From positions 956 through 64,955 of the forward strand of contig JBBSHM010000003.1 of the NCBI GenBank assembly GCA_038253125.1: a stretch of DNA of 64,000 nucleotides, given 5' to 3'. Of the stretch, positions 8,632 to 17,487 are shown piece after piece (position 1 is the stretch's first letter; each line of letters opens with the position of its first letter). The DNA is from Acidimicrobiales bacterium. GTDB taxonomy: Bacteria; Actinomycetota; Acidimicrobiia; Acidimicrobiales; JAUJNH01. The position numbers and the translations under genes are program-made. Below the pieces are notes generated by a model. The model did no database searches. It was given only the letters and a program-made list of their open reading frames with translations, and was not told the origin of the DNA.

Positions 8632-8645
8632 CGAACGTGTGTTCG
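8632..8645. promoter_or_regulatory. LexA (SOS) box CGAAC-GTGT-GTTCG upstream of imuA'
   Basis: Perfect match to the TCGAAC-N4-GTTCGA core, 14 nt upstream of the imuA' start at 8618. Confidence 0.8.
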
Positions 8646-8658
8646 TGACGCTCAGGTG

Positions 8659-9069
8659 TCAGCCCACGAGCTCGTGCTCCACACCGAGGGCGACGTAGGT
8701 GGCCGAGGCTCGACGGTCACGGGTCAGCAGCATCAGCCCGTGGTGCTTCGATGCGGCTCCGACCAGGGCGTCGTACACGTTGCCGCCCGCCACACCGAGG
8801 GCGGGCAGCTGGACGAGGAGGGCGGCGGCCGCCTCGCCGGGCAGGAAGGCAGCGATGGGGAAGCTCCGGCGCAGGATCTCCCCGACCACCTCGGGGCTTC
8901 GACGGGCCGGAGCGGGAAGTCTGGTGAGAACGGAGTACGTCTCAAAGGCGGCATGCCCGGCCAGGCCGAGCCGCCGTCCGGCCATGGCCACCCGGACCGC
9001 CTCGTGATGTTCATGGTCCTCGACGACGAGGGCGACGGCAAGGCTGGTGTCGACGAGGGCGGGCGCCAC
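8659..9069 (-). CDS. vapC: PIN-domain toxin VapC
   Basis: LVDTSLAVALVVEDHE...NVYDALVGAASKHHGLMLLTRDRRA shows the PIN acidic residues. It starts 4 nt after the stop of the upstream AbrB-type antitoxin. Confidence 0.8.
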   Translation of the reverse strand: MAPALVDTSLAVALVVEDHEHHEAVRVAMAGRRLGLAGHAAFETYSVLTRLPAPARRSPEVVGEILRRSFPIAAFLPGEAAAALLVQLPALGVAGGNVYDALVGAASKHHGLMLLTRDRRASATYVALGVEHELVG

Positions 9070-9072
9070 GTC

Positions 9073-9306
9073 CTAACGCTGGTCGCCGTCACGCAGGGCC
9101 TGCACCAGAGCGTCGTCCACGGCCGCTCCGGCCGCCGGTATGACCAGGCGACCGTCCTGTTCGACGACTCCCCCGGCCGCGACCGGTTCGATCCTGATGC
9201 CGTTGCCATCGATCGTCATCTCGACCTCACCAGGGGCCAGGCCGACCCTGTCCCGTAGCGGCTTGGGGATGACCAGCCGTCCGACCCGATCTATCGTCGC
9301 CCTCAT
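9073..9306 (-). CDS. vapB: AbrB/MazE/SpoVT-type antitoxin VapB
   Basis: MRATIDRVGRLVIPKPLRDRVGLAPGEVEMTIDGNGIRIEP is a SpoVT/AbrB looped-hinge motif. The start is taken at the internal ATG (9304-9306). Confidence 0.75.
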   Translation of the reverse strand: MRATIDRVGRLVIPKPLRDRVGLAPGEVEMTIDGNGIRIEPVAAGGVVEQDGRLVIPAAGAAVDDALVQALRDGDQR

Positions 9307-9320
9307 GCCATGAGGATACC

Positions 9321-9354
9321 AGATTGGTGGCAACTAGATGGTAACGAGATGGTA
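9321..9354 (-). promoter_or_regulatory. Candidate vapBC operator: three direct AGAT(T)GGT(A) motifs
   Basis: agattggt (9321-9328), agatggta (9336-9343) and agatggta (9347-9354). The last two are 11 nt apart, in a locally AT-richer stretch just upstream of vapB. Confidence 0.35.
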
Positions 9355-9421
9355 GACGGCGATTCGTCAGCCAGGATGTCCGCCAGCTGCGAGGAGCCGG
9401 AACCGGAAATCCCTGAGCTGC

Positions 9422-10693
9422 TCAGGCGGCGGTCAGCGCCGCCTCGAGCACCGGGTCGGGCTGCAGAGCCACCGCCGGGGCGTCGCCGCCCTGGCCGGCC
9501 AGGGCGGCCGGCAGCAGGGCCACGGCCACGGCTACGGCGGCGGCGGCGCCGCCCCCGCCGAGGGCGACCTGGGCCCCGAAGCGCTGCACCACCCAGCCGA
9601 CCAGAGGGGCGCCCACCGGCGTGGTGCCGAGGAAGACCATGGTGTAGAGCGCCATCACCCGCCCCCTCACCTCACCGGCGGCGACCAGCTGCACCCGGGC
9701 GTTGGCGGTGGAGAAGAAGGCGATGCCGGCGGCGCCCGCCAGGGCGAGGAGGGGCAGGACCAGCACGAGCGAGGTGGTCGCCGCCGCCGCCGCCAGCAGC
9801 AGGCCGGACGCCAGTCCGGCGACCAGCAGCACCCGGTCGGTGGGGCGGCGCCGGCCGGCCACCAGGAGGGCGCCCACGACCGAGCCGAACGCCATCGTGG
9901 CGGTCAGGGCCGAGAACAGGGCCGAACCGCCGCCGTAGGAGCGCTCGGCCAGCACCGGCAGGACGATCGGGAAGTTGAACGAGAGGAACGAGACCGCTCC
10001 GACCAGGAGGAGCGTGCGCCGCAGCACCGGCTCGCCCCAGACGTAGCGCAGGCCCTCGCGCACCTGGCCCCGGCCGGGCCGGGGGCGCGCCGACGGCCGC
10101 AGCTCCTCGACCCGCATGCGGCGGTAGGCCTCGATGACGGCCAGGAACGAGACTGCGTTCACCACGAAGCACCAACCGCCGCCGACCAGGGCGAGGAGCC
10201 CGGCGGCCACGGCGGGCCCGACGATCCGACTGGCGTTGAACAGGGCGGAGTTGAGCCCGATGGCGTTGGGCAGCTGCTCGGGCCCCACCAGCTCGTTGAC
10301 AAAGGCCTGCCGGGTGGGGATCTCGACGGCGCTGCCCATCCCGGAGGCGAAGGCGAGCAGGCCGAGGAGCCACACCCGCTCCGAGCCCAGCAGGGTCACC
10401 GCCGCGAGCAGGGCGGCGACGACGGCGAGTGAGGCGTTGGCGGCGATCAGCAGTCGTCGCTTGTCGAACCGGTCGGCGAGCAGGCCGCCGAACGGGCCGG
10501 CGAGGAGCATGGGGAGCAGCGAGAGGGCGGTGATGACCCCGAGGGCGACGGCTGAGTCGGTGAGCCGGTACACAACCCAGCTGAGCGCCACCACCTGGCA
10601 CGCCGTGCCCGACAGAGAGACCAGCTGGCCCAGGTAGAACAGGCGGTAGTTCCGGCTGCGGAACGAGCCGAAGGTGCGCGAGGCGGTCGACAT
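9422..10693 (-). CDS. MFS transporter (EntS/DUF894-like)
   Basis: FRSRNYRLFYLGQLVSLSGTACQVVALSWVVYRLTDSAVALGVITALSLLPMLLAGPFGGLLADRFDKRRLL, with a 12-TM-like hydrophobic pattern. Confidence 0.8.
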   Translation of the reverse strand: MSTASRTFGSFRSRNYRLFYLGQLVSLSGTACQVVALSWVVYRLTDSAVALGVITALSLLPMLLAGPFGGLLADRFDKRRLLIAANASLAVVAALLAAVTLLGSERVWLLGLLAFASGMGSAVEIPTRQAFVNELVGPEQLPNAIGLNSALFNASRIVGPAVAAGLLALVGGGWCFVVNAVSFLAVIEAYRRMRVEELRPSARPRPGRGQVREGLRYVWGEPVLRRTLLLVGAVSFLSFNFPIVLPVLAERSYGGGSALFSALTATMAFGSVVGALLVAGRRRPTDRVLLVAGLASGLLLAAAAATTSLVLVLPLLALAGAAGIAFFSTANARVQLVAAGEVRGRVMALYTMVFLGTTPVGAPLVGWVVQRFGAQVALGGGGAAAAVAVAVALLPAALAGQGGDAPAVALQPDPVLEAALTAA

Positions 10694-10758
10694 GCTTGCT
10701 CAGTTAACTGCTTAGCACAGCAAAGTGTTCCGGCAGAGCCTTCAGCTCGGCCAGGGCA

Positions 10759-11070
10759 TCAGCCGAAGGTCTTGGGCTCCACGCCTTGGACGTAGTGGGT
10801 GAACAGGCCGCGCACGATGTCGGCCATGCCTTCGCTGGTGCCGAAGGGCTCGAGCTCGACGGTGACCTGGTTGCCGTAGACGTGGACCGCCACCACCCCC
10901 CCGTGCTCGAACAGGCGCCGGGCCAGAACGTCGGGCGGCCGGTCACCGGAGCAGTCCTCGAGCGAGCGGTACCGCTCGTGGCCCATGCCGGTGAGCGGAC
11001 GGTTCACCTCGAAGCGGGTGACGCCGACGCGTCCGGTGGGCTTCTCGGTGACGGCGACTGACTGTCCCAT
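10759..11070 (-). CDS. Small protein, Nfu/NifU N-terminal-like
   Basis: GVTRFEVNRPLTGMGHERY...LARRLFEHGGVVAVHVYGNQVTVELEP...MADIVRGLF has a layout resembling the Nfu_N domain. The assignment is tentative. Confidence 0.4.
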   Translation of the reverse strand: MGQSVAVTEKPTGRVGVTRFEVNRPLTGMGHERYRSLEDCSGDRPPDVLARRLFEHGGVVAVHVYGNQVTVELEPFGTSEGMADIVRGLFTHYVQGVEPKTFG

Positions 11071-11108
11071 CGAGAGTTGAACCTAGACCGTCGGTACGCT
11101 GAGCCGCC

Positions 11109-12374
11109 ATGTCCGACGCCGCGGGGTCAAGACGCGAGCGGGTGCCGTGGCGCACCATCCTCGCCGTGCTGTTCGTGGTGGTGGCCTCGGCCTTCGCCGT
11201 CCTCACCCTGCAGCGCCTAGGGCGGATCATCACGTGGTTCGTGGTGGCAGCCTTCTTCGCCGCCATCCTCAACCCGGCCGTTGACTTCCTGAGCCACCGG
11301 CTGCGGCTGCCTCGGGTGCTGGCCACCCTCGTGGTGTTCCTCCTCGGGATGGCGGCCATGGCGGCGATGCTCTACGCCTTCATCCGGCCCCTGGTCGACC
11401 AGGCGTACCAGTTCTCCGACAACCTGCCGACCTACGTGGCGGAGGCCAGGGCCGGACGAGGCCCGGTGGGCGACCTCGTCCAGCGCTACCACCTGGACAC
11501 CTACGTCGAGCGCAACCAGGCCAAGCTGCGGGCCGCCGTCACCGGGGCGGGCGGACCGGTGGCCAAGGTCGCCTCGGGGATCTTCAGCACCGTCGCCGCC
11601 GTCGTCACCATCCTGGTGCTGATCTTCCTGATGCTCCTGGAGGGACCGAAGGTCATCGCCGGGCTCCTCCACCTCATTCCCCCACGCCACCGCGACCGGG
11701 TCCGCCGCGTGACCCGTGACAGCAACCGGGCCATCACCGGCTACATGTTCGGCAACCTGGCCATCAGCGTCATCGCCGGCATCGCCACCTATCTGGTGCT
11801 GTGGCCGCTCGGCGTGCCGTTCCGTGGCGTCCTCGCCCTGTGGGTGGCCTTCGCTGACCTCATCCCGCTCGTCGGGGCCACCCTCGGTGCTGCGGTGGTC
11901 AGCGCCGTGGCCTTTCTCGACACGCCCCGCACCGGCCTCATCATCGTGATCTTCTTCATCGTCTACCAGCAGTTCGAGAACCACGTGCTGCAGGTCTCCA
12001 TCATGAGCCGCACGGTCGACCTGAACCCCCTGGCCGTGCTGGCCAGCGTGCTGGTCGGGGTCCAGCTGTTCGGGCTGCTGGGCGCCCTCCTGGCCATCCC
12101 GGCCGGCGGCGTGCTGCAGGTCATCTGCCGGGACATCTACGACACCAACCTCGGCATGCTGAAGGAGGATCCGACCCTGGGCAGCGACGAGGTGCCCGTC
12201 TCCCAGGTGCAGGCCCAGGAGGCGGCCGAAGCGGCCACCGCCGCCGACCAGGGTCACGAGCGGGCCATGCCGGCCGCGCCCGAGGTCGAGGCCGAGGTCG
12301 GAGCGTCGCCGCCCGGGCCGTCGGCCGCACCGGTCCTGGGCCCGCCCGCACCGGACCCGGCCACCAGGACGTGA
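11109..12374 (+). CDS. AI-2E family transporter (PerM/UPF0118)
   Basis: AITGYMFGNLAISVIAGIATYLVLWPLGVPFRGVLALWVAFADLIPLVGATLGA...YQQFENHVLQVSIMSRTVDLNPLAVLASVLVG. Confidence 0.85.
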   Translation: MSDAAGSRRERVPWRTILAVLFVVVASAFAVLTLQRLGRIITWFVVAAFFAAILNPAVDFLSHRLRLPRVLATLVVFLLGMAAMAAMLYAFIRPLVDQAYQFSDNLPTYVAEARAGRGPVGDLVQRYHLDTYVERNQAKLRAAVTGAGGPVAKVASGIFSTVAAVVTILVLIFLMLLEGPKVIAGLLHLIPPRHRDRVRRVTRDSNRAITGYMFGNLAISVIAGIATYLVLWPLGVPFRGVLALWVAFADLIPLVGATLGAAVVSAVAFLDTPRTGLIIVIFFIVYQQFENHVLQVSIMSRTVDLNPLAVLASVLVGVQLFGLLGALLAIPAGGVLQVICRDIYDTNLGMLKEDPTLGSDEVPVSQVQAQEAAEAATAADQGHERAMPAAPEVEAEVGASPPGPSAAPVLGPPAPDPATRT

Positions 12375-12625
12375 CGCCTGCTCGGGCCACACTCGAGCTG
12401 GAAGGCCACATCATCGACTCGCTGCTCCTGGCCAAGGTGCTCGACCAGATCGTGGACGACGGCGCCGACTACGGGATCGTCGAGGTGGTCATCGGCCGGG
12501 CCCGCAGCGACCCCAGCCGGGCCGTGCTGGCCCTCACCCACCCACGGGGCGTCGCCGCCCTCGACGACCTCTGCGACCGCCTGGCCGCCCACGGCGCCCT
12601 TCGCGCTCCGGGCGCCGGTGGGTGA
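12371..12625 (+). CDS. Conserved small hypothetical protein
   Basis: TLELEGHIIDSLLLAKVLDQIVDDGADYGIVEVVIGRARSDPSRAVLAL. GTG overlaps the upstream stop (GTGA at 12371-12374), and its own stop overlaps the next gene by 8 nt. Confidence 0.5.
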   Translation: MTPARATLELEGHIIDSLLLAKVLDQIVDDGADYGIVEVVIGRARSDPSRAVLALTHPRGVAALDDLCDRLAAHGALRAPGAGG

Positions 12626-13433
12626 GGAGCTGGCCTGGGGCCGCCGCTTCCTGCTGTGCTCTCCCGACCACTTCAGCGTCGCCTATGAGATCAACCCCTG
12701 GATGTCAACCGAGGTGCCGGTAGACCGTGACCGGGCCCAGGCCCAGTGGCACGGCCTCGCCGCCGCCCTGCAGCAGGCGGGGGCCACGGTCGAGCTGCAG
12801 CCCGCCGACCCGTCGGTGCCCGACCTCGTCTTCACCGCCAACGCCGGGATCGTCCGGGGGCGCACCTTCGTCCCGTCGCAGTTCCGCCACCCCGAGCGCC
12901 AGGCCGAGACGCCGCTCGACATCGCATGGTTCGAAGCGGCCGGCTACGAGGTGCGCCAACTGGTCGGCGGCGTGGGCCACGAGGGGGCGGGTGACGCCCT
13001 GCCCTTCGGACCGGTCCTGGTCTCGGGCTACCGGTTCCGCAGCGACGCCGCCGCCCACAGCCAGCTGTCGACGCTGCTCGGCATCGCCGTGCGCCCGATC
13101 GAGCTGGTTGACCCCCGCTACTACCACCTCGACATCACGTTCTGCCCGCTCGACTCGACCCGAGCCCTGGTGTGGCCCGGCGCCTGGGACTCCTACGGCT
13201 GCACGGTCATGCAGGCCCTGGTGCCTGAGCCGCTCGTCCTCGAAGCCGACGAGGCGGCGGGGTTCGTGGCCAACTCCGTCGTCGTCGGCCGAACCGTCCT
13301 GATGCCCAGCTGCCCATCCCGGGTGGGCCGCCAGCTCGAGGCGTGGGGCTTCACCCCGGTCGAGGTGGATGTCAGCGAGTTCCGCAAGGCCGGCGGCGGC
13401 TGTCGCTGCCTAACCCTCGCCCTGGACACATAG
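12618..13433 (+). CDS. Amidinotransferase / dimethylarginine dimethylaminohydrolase superfamily enzyme
   Basis: RRFLLCSPDHFSVAYEINPWM...YYHLDITFCPLD...FRKAGGGCRCLTLAL, with the C-terminal catalytic Cys motif of guanidino-group modifying enzymes. Confidence 0.75.
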   Translation: MGEELAWGRRFLLCSPDHFSVAYEINPWMSTEVPVDRDRAQAQWHGLAAALQQAGATVELQPADPSVPDLVFTANAGIVRGRTFVPSQFRHPERQAETPLDIAWFEAAGYEVRQLVGGVGHEGAGDALPFGPVLVSGYRFRSDAAAHSQLSTLLGIAVRPIELVDPRYYHLDITFCPLDSTRALVWPGAWDSYGCTVMQALVPEPLVLEADEAAGFVANSVVVGRTVLMPSCPSRVGRQLEAWGFTPVEVDVSEFRKAGGGCRCLTLALDT

Positions 13434-13494
13434 AGCTGGACAGACAGCTATGCACCGCTGGTTGCGGCGCCCCCTGTGGCGGGCGGGCGCGGAC

Positions 13495-14508
<1,014 letters not shown>

Positions 14509-14512
14509 CGGG

Positions 14513-14755
14513 TCAGGCGTCGACGCTGGTCGGCTCTGCCACCGGCGCCGCGGCATGCCGGCGGTGGCGCTGCACAACGACGAGAGTAGCGACGGCGAAG
14601 CCTACCGAGATCACCGCCAGCACCGAGTGGACCGCCTTGAACGGCAGGTTCCGGGTGTCGTCGCGCCAGATGTTCCAGATCCGGGTGACCCACACGTAGA
14701 TCGTCCAGACCGAAAAGGCGCGTAGCAGGAGCGACTGCTTGCTGGTCAGCGGCAC
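14513..14755 (-). CDS. Small integral membrane protein (SCO4848-like)
   Basis: LLLRAFSVWTIYVWVTRIWNIWRDDTRNLPFKAVHSVLAVISVGFAVATLVVV has two TM segments. It is tightly packed between rnhB and lgt. Confidence 0.55.
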   Translation of the reverse strand: MPLTSKQSLLLRAFSVWTIYVWVTRIWNIWRDDTRNLPFKAVHSVLAVISVGFAVATLVVVQRHRRHAAAPVAEPTSVDA

Positions 14756-14765
14756 GGACCCGAAC

Positions 14766-15494
14766 CTAATCCGGGATCCACCCCTGCGTCGCCGCGGGCG
14801 GCTCCCGCCACGTGCGGCCTCCCCACGGGGTGTTGTCCATGAAGACCCAGCTGCGGCGGTGGATGGCGCTCGGGCCGATCCCCTGGAGGACCGCCTTGTG
14901 CTTGGGGCACGGGTAGCCCTTGTTGTCGTCGAACCACCACCACGGGTAGTGCTCGTGCAGCTCTCGCATCAGGCGATCACGGGTGACCTTGGCCAGTATC
15001 GAGGCGGCGGCAATGGACAGCACGGTGGCGTCGCCCTTGATGACCCGGATGGTCGTGCCCCGGCCCACGAAGTCCCAGCTCCCGTCGAGCAGCACCTTGT
15101 CCGGGGTGACCCCGAGCCCGGCGATGGCCCGGCCGGCGGCGAGCCGCTGGGCGGCTGTCATGCCCAGCTCGTCGCACTCGACCTGGCTCGCCATGCCCAC
15201 GTGCCACGCCGTGCACCAGCCGGCGATGCGATCGAACAGCGCCTCGCGCTCCCGCTCGCTCAGCATCTTCGAGTCGCGCACGCCCAGCACCCGGCGGCCC
15301 TGGGGCAGCACGGCGGCGCCGACGGCCAGAGGGCCGGCCCACGCCCCGCGGCCCACCTCGTCGAGGCCGACCACCACCTGGTGGCCCTCGGCCCACATCT
15401 GCTTCTCGAGGGTGAGGGTGGGGGCGGTTGCCCGGGTCAGGGTGCGCCGGCCGGCCGGGCGCAGCAGAGGCGCCTTCTCAAGCGGTGCGACCAC
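14766..15494 (-). CDS. rnhB: Ribonuclease HII
   Basis: VVGLDEVGRGAWAGPLAVGAAVL...VRDSKMLSEREREALF...VLLDGSWDF...IKGDATVLSIAAASILAKVTRD. Confidence 0.9.
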   Translation of the reverse strand: MVAPLEKAPLLRPAGRRTLTRATAPTLTLEKQMWAEGHQVVVGLDEVGRGAWAGPLAVGAAVLPQGRRVLGVRDSKMLSEREREALFDRIAGWCTAWHVGMASQVECDELGMTAAQRLAAGRAIAGLGVTPDKVLLDGSWDFVGRGTTIRVIKGDATVLSIAAASILAKVTRDRLMRELHEHYPWWWFDDNKGYPCPKHKAVLQGIGPSAIHRRSWVFMDNTPWGGRTWREPPAATQGWIPD

Positions 15495-15551
15495 GGTGGC
15501 GACGCTAACCCCTGGGCCGGCGGCGGCTTCGAGCGGCCGGGCCGGGGCTTG

Positions 15552-16574
15552 TCAGGCCAGGCTGACGCCAGGAGGGCCGTCGGCCACCTCGCCGATGACC
15601 GCCCACCCTTCCCCGGCCAGCCGGGCGGCGTCGGCGGTGGGGACGGCGGCCAGCAGGCCCCCGCTCGTCTGCGGGTCGTAGCAGATGGCCTCGTGCTCGG
15701 CGCTGACGCCGTCGGCCACGGTGATGCGGCCCTCCAGGGACGCCCGGTTGCGGGGGTCGCCTCCGGTGCGGACGCCCCGCCCGGCCGCGGCCTGGGCCCC
15801 ATCGAGGAGCGGGAGGGCGGCGGCGGAGAGGCGCAGCGCCACCCCGCCCCGCTCGGCCACCTCCCAGCCGTGGCCGAACAGGCCGTAGCCGGTCACGTCG
15901 GTGCAGGCCCTGGGGCCGGCCCCGCCGTCGACCTCGGCGAGCCTCTCGGCCGCCGCCCGGTTGATCCGGCGCATCCACCCGATGGCCACCGCCTTGTCGG
16001 CCTCGTCCCCGCCGGCCAGCACGATCCCGGTGCCGATCGGCTTGGACAGGACCAGGACGTCGCCGGGGCGGGAGCCGCCCTTGGCCCACACCCGGTCCGG
16101 GTGCACGGTGCCCTGCACGGCGAGGCCGAATATCGGCTCCTCGCTGCGGATGGTGTGACCCCCGGCCACGACGCCGCCGGCCTCGGCCACGATCTCGGCC
16201 GCCGCCCCGAAGATGGCCTCGATGGCCGCCACCGGCAGCCGCTCGGGGAAGGCGGCGACGTTCACGGCCAGGCGGACGCGGCCTCCCATGGCGAACACGT
16301 CCGAGCAGGCGTTGGCGGCGGCGATGGCGCCGAAGTCGGCCGGGTCGTCGACCAGGGGCGGGAAGAAGTCGGTGGTGCTCACCAGGGCCAGGTCGTCGCT
16401 CAGGCGCAGCACGGCGGCGTCATCGAAGGGCGCCAGGCCGACGAGCAGGTCGGAGGCCCCGCCCTCGGCGGCCAGCCGGGCCACCAGGTCACGCAGCGGC
16501 GCCGCCCCCCACTTGGCTGCGCAGCCGCCGCAGGCCGTCCACTCAGTGAGGCGAAGGGTCTCGCTCATGGTCAT
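15552..16574 (-). CDS. selD: Selenide, water dikinase (Cys-type active site)
   Basis: LRLTEWTACGGCAAKWGAAPLRDLV...DDAAVLRL...TTDFFPPLVDDP...AANACSDVFAMGG has the AIR-synthase-like fold typical of SelD. Confidence 0.8.
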   Translation of the reverse strand: MTMSETLRLTEWTACGGCAAKWGAAPLRDLVARLAAEGGASDLLVGLAPFDDAAVLRLSDDLALVSTTDFFPPLVDDPADFGAIAAANACSDVFAMGGRVRLAVNVAAFPERLPVAAIEAIFGAAAEIVAEAGGVVAGGHTIRSEEPIFGLAVQGTVHPDRVWAKGGSRPGDVLVLSKPIGTGIVLAGGDEADKAVAIGWMRRINRAAAERLAEVDGGAGPRACTDVTGYGLFGHGWEVAERGGVALRLSAAALPLLDGAQAAAGRGVRTGGDPRNRASLEGRITVADGVSAEHEAICYDPQTSGGLLAAVPTADAARLAGEGWAVIGEVADGPPGVSLA

Positions 16575-17487
16575 GCGGAGGACCGTACCCAGGCGGCGGA
16601 GGTTGTGTGACCCATCCGGGCGGCGCCCCCGGAGGCCCGGGAGGCCCGGGAGGCCCCGGCGGCTGGTTCCGGCGCCGGCTGCGACGGATCAGGACGACGA
16701 TGAGGATGATGATGCCGATGAGCACCAGCAGCCCGCCCCCGACCAGGACGGCGACGATGATGAGGACGGTGCGGGTGTCGTTTGTCTGCACCCCCTTGTC
16801 GAGCGCCGGGTCCCGGGCTCCGAAGCGCCGCTGCAGCTCGGCCCGGTCCGCCTGGTAGGTGCCGTGGCCGCCGTAGCCGTTGTTGCAGATGACGCTGAGC
16901 TGCTCGATCCGGAACGGCAGGTTGCGCCACACCACCCCGGCAGCCTCGGCGGCGGCGGCGTCGAGGTCCTCGGTGTCCTTCTCGACGATGACCCGGAGCG
17001 AGTCCCCCGGCTCGAGCTGGACGTCGGGGACGCCGAACCCGGCGTCATCCAGCGCCCGGACGGTCGAGACGCTCCCCCGCACCACGCCGCACCCGACCAA
17101 GAGGAGAAGGGCGGCGCACAGCACCAGGCCCAGCACTCGACTGCCGGAGGGGCCTCCGCCGGGCCGGATCGCCCGGTGGTGGCCCCGGCCGAGACGGCTG
17201 CGACCGGAGCGACCCTGTAGGGCGACGGCGCCGGGCGTCGGGCTGCGGCCCTCGGTCGCCGGGGCGGGCCCCGACAGGGCGATGGCGCCGGGCCGCGGGC
17301 CGCTGCCGTCGGCCGCCGGGGCGGGATCCAACGTCGCTAGGACCACCGCGGCCCGAAGGTCGAGCGCATGACAGGCATGGCCATGGGTCCGACGGTAGGC
17401 GGCCCGGGGAGGGCCGCACGAGTCGCCGGCCCAGCAGCCGCGCACCGGGTTTGGCGCCCGCACGGCTGGCCTGATCGCGTGGCTCAT
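16543..17487 (-). CDS. Membrane-anchored hypothetical protein (possible lipoprotein) with Pro-rich C-terminal tail
   Basis: The ATG overlaps the upstream stop (ATGA at 17484-17487). An alternative GTG at 17136 gives VLGLVLCAALLLLVGCG (lipobox-like). A C-terminal TM (LIIVAVLVGGGLLVLIGIIILIVVLI) is followed by PPGPPGPPGPPG. The gene overlaps the selD start by 32 nt. Confidence 0.5.
   Translation of the reverse strand: MSHAIRPAVRAPNPVRGCWAGDSCGPPRAAYRRTHGHACHALDLRAAVVLATLDPAPAADGSGPRPGAIALSGPAPATEGRSPTPGAVALQGRSGRSRLGRGHHRAIRPGGGPSGSRVLGLVLCAALLLLVGCGVVRGSVSTVRALDDAGFGVPDVQLEPGDSLRVIVEKDTEDLDAAAAEAAGVVWRNLPFRIEQLSVICNNGYGGHGTYQADRAELQRRFGARDPALDKGVQTNDTRTVLIIVAVLVGGGLLVLIGIIILIVVLIRRSRRRNQPPGPPGPPGPPGAPPGWVTQPPPPGYGPPHDHERDPSPH
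17219..17332. repeat. 57-bp tandem repeat x2
   Basis: agggcgacggcgccgggcgtcgggctgcggccctcggtcgccggggcgggccccgac (17219-17275) and agggcgatggcgccgggccgcgggccgctgccgtcggccgccggggcgggatccaac (17276-17332). Confidence 0.85.

Noticed and set aside
14739-16610. 623-aa plus-strand ORF
   Set aside because: It is antisense to rnhB and selD, both of which have clear family motifs.
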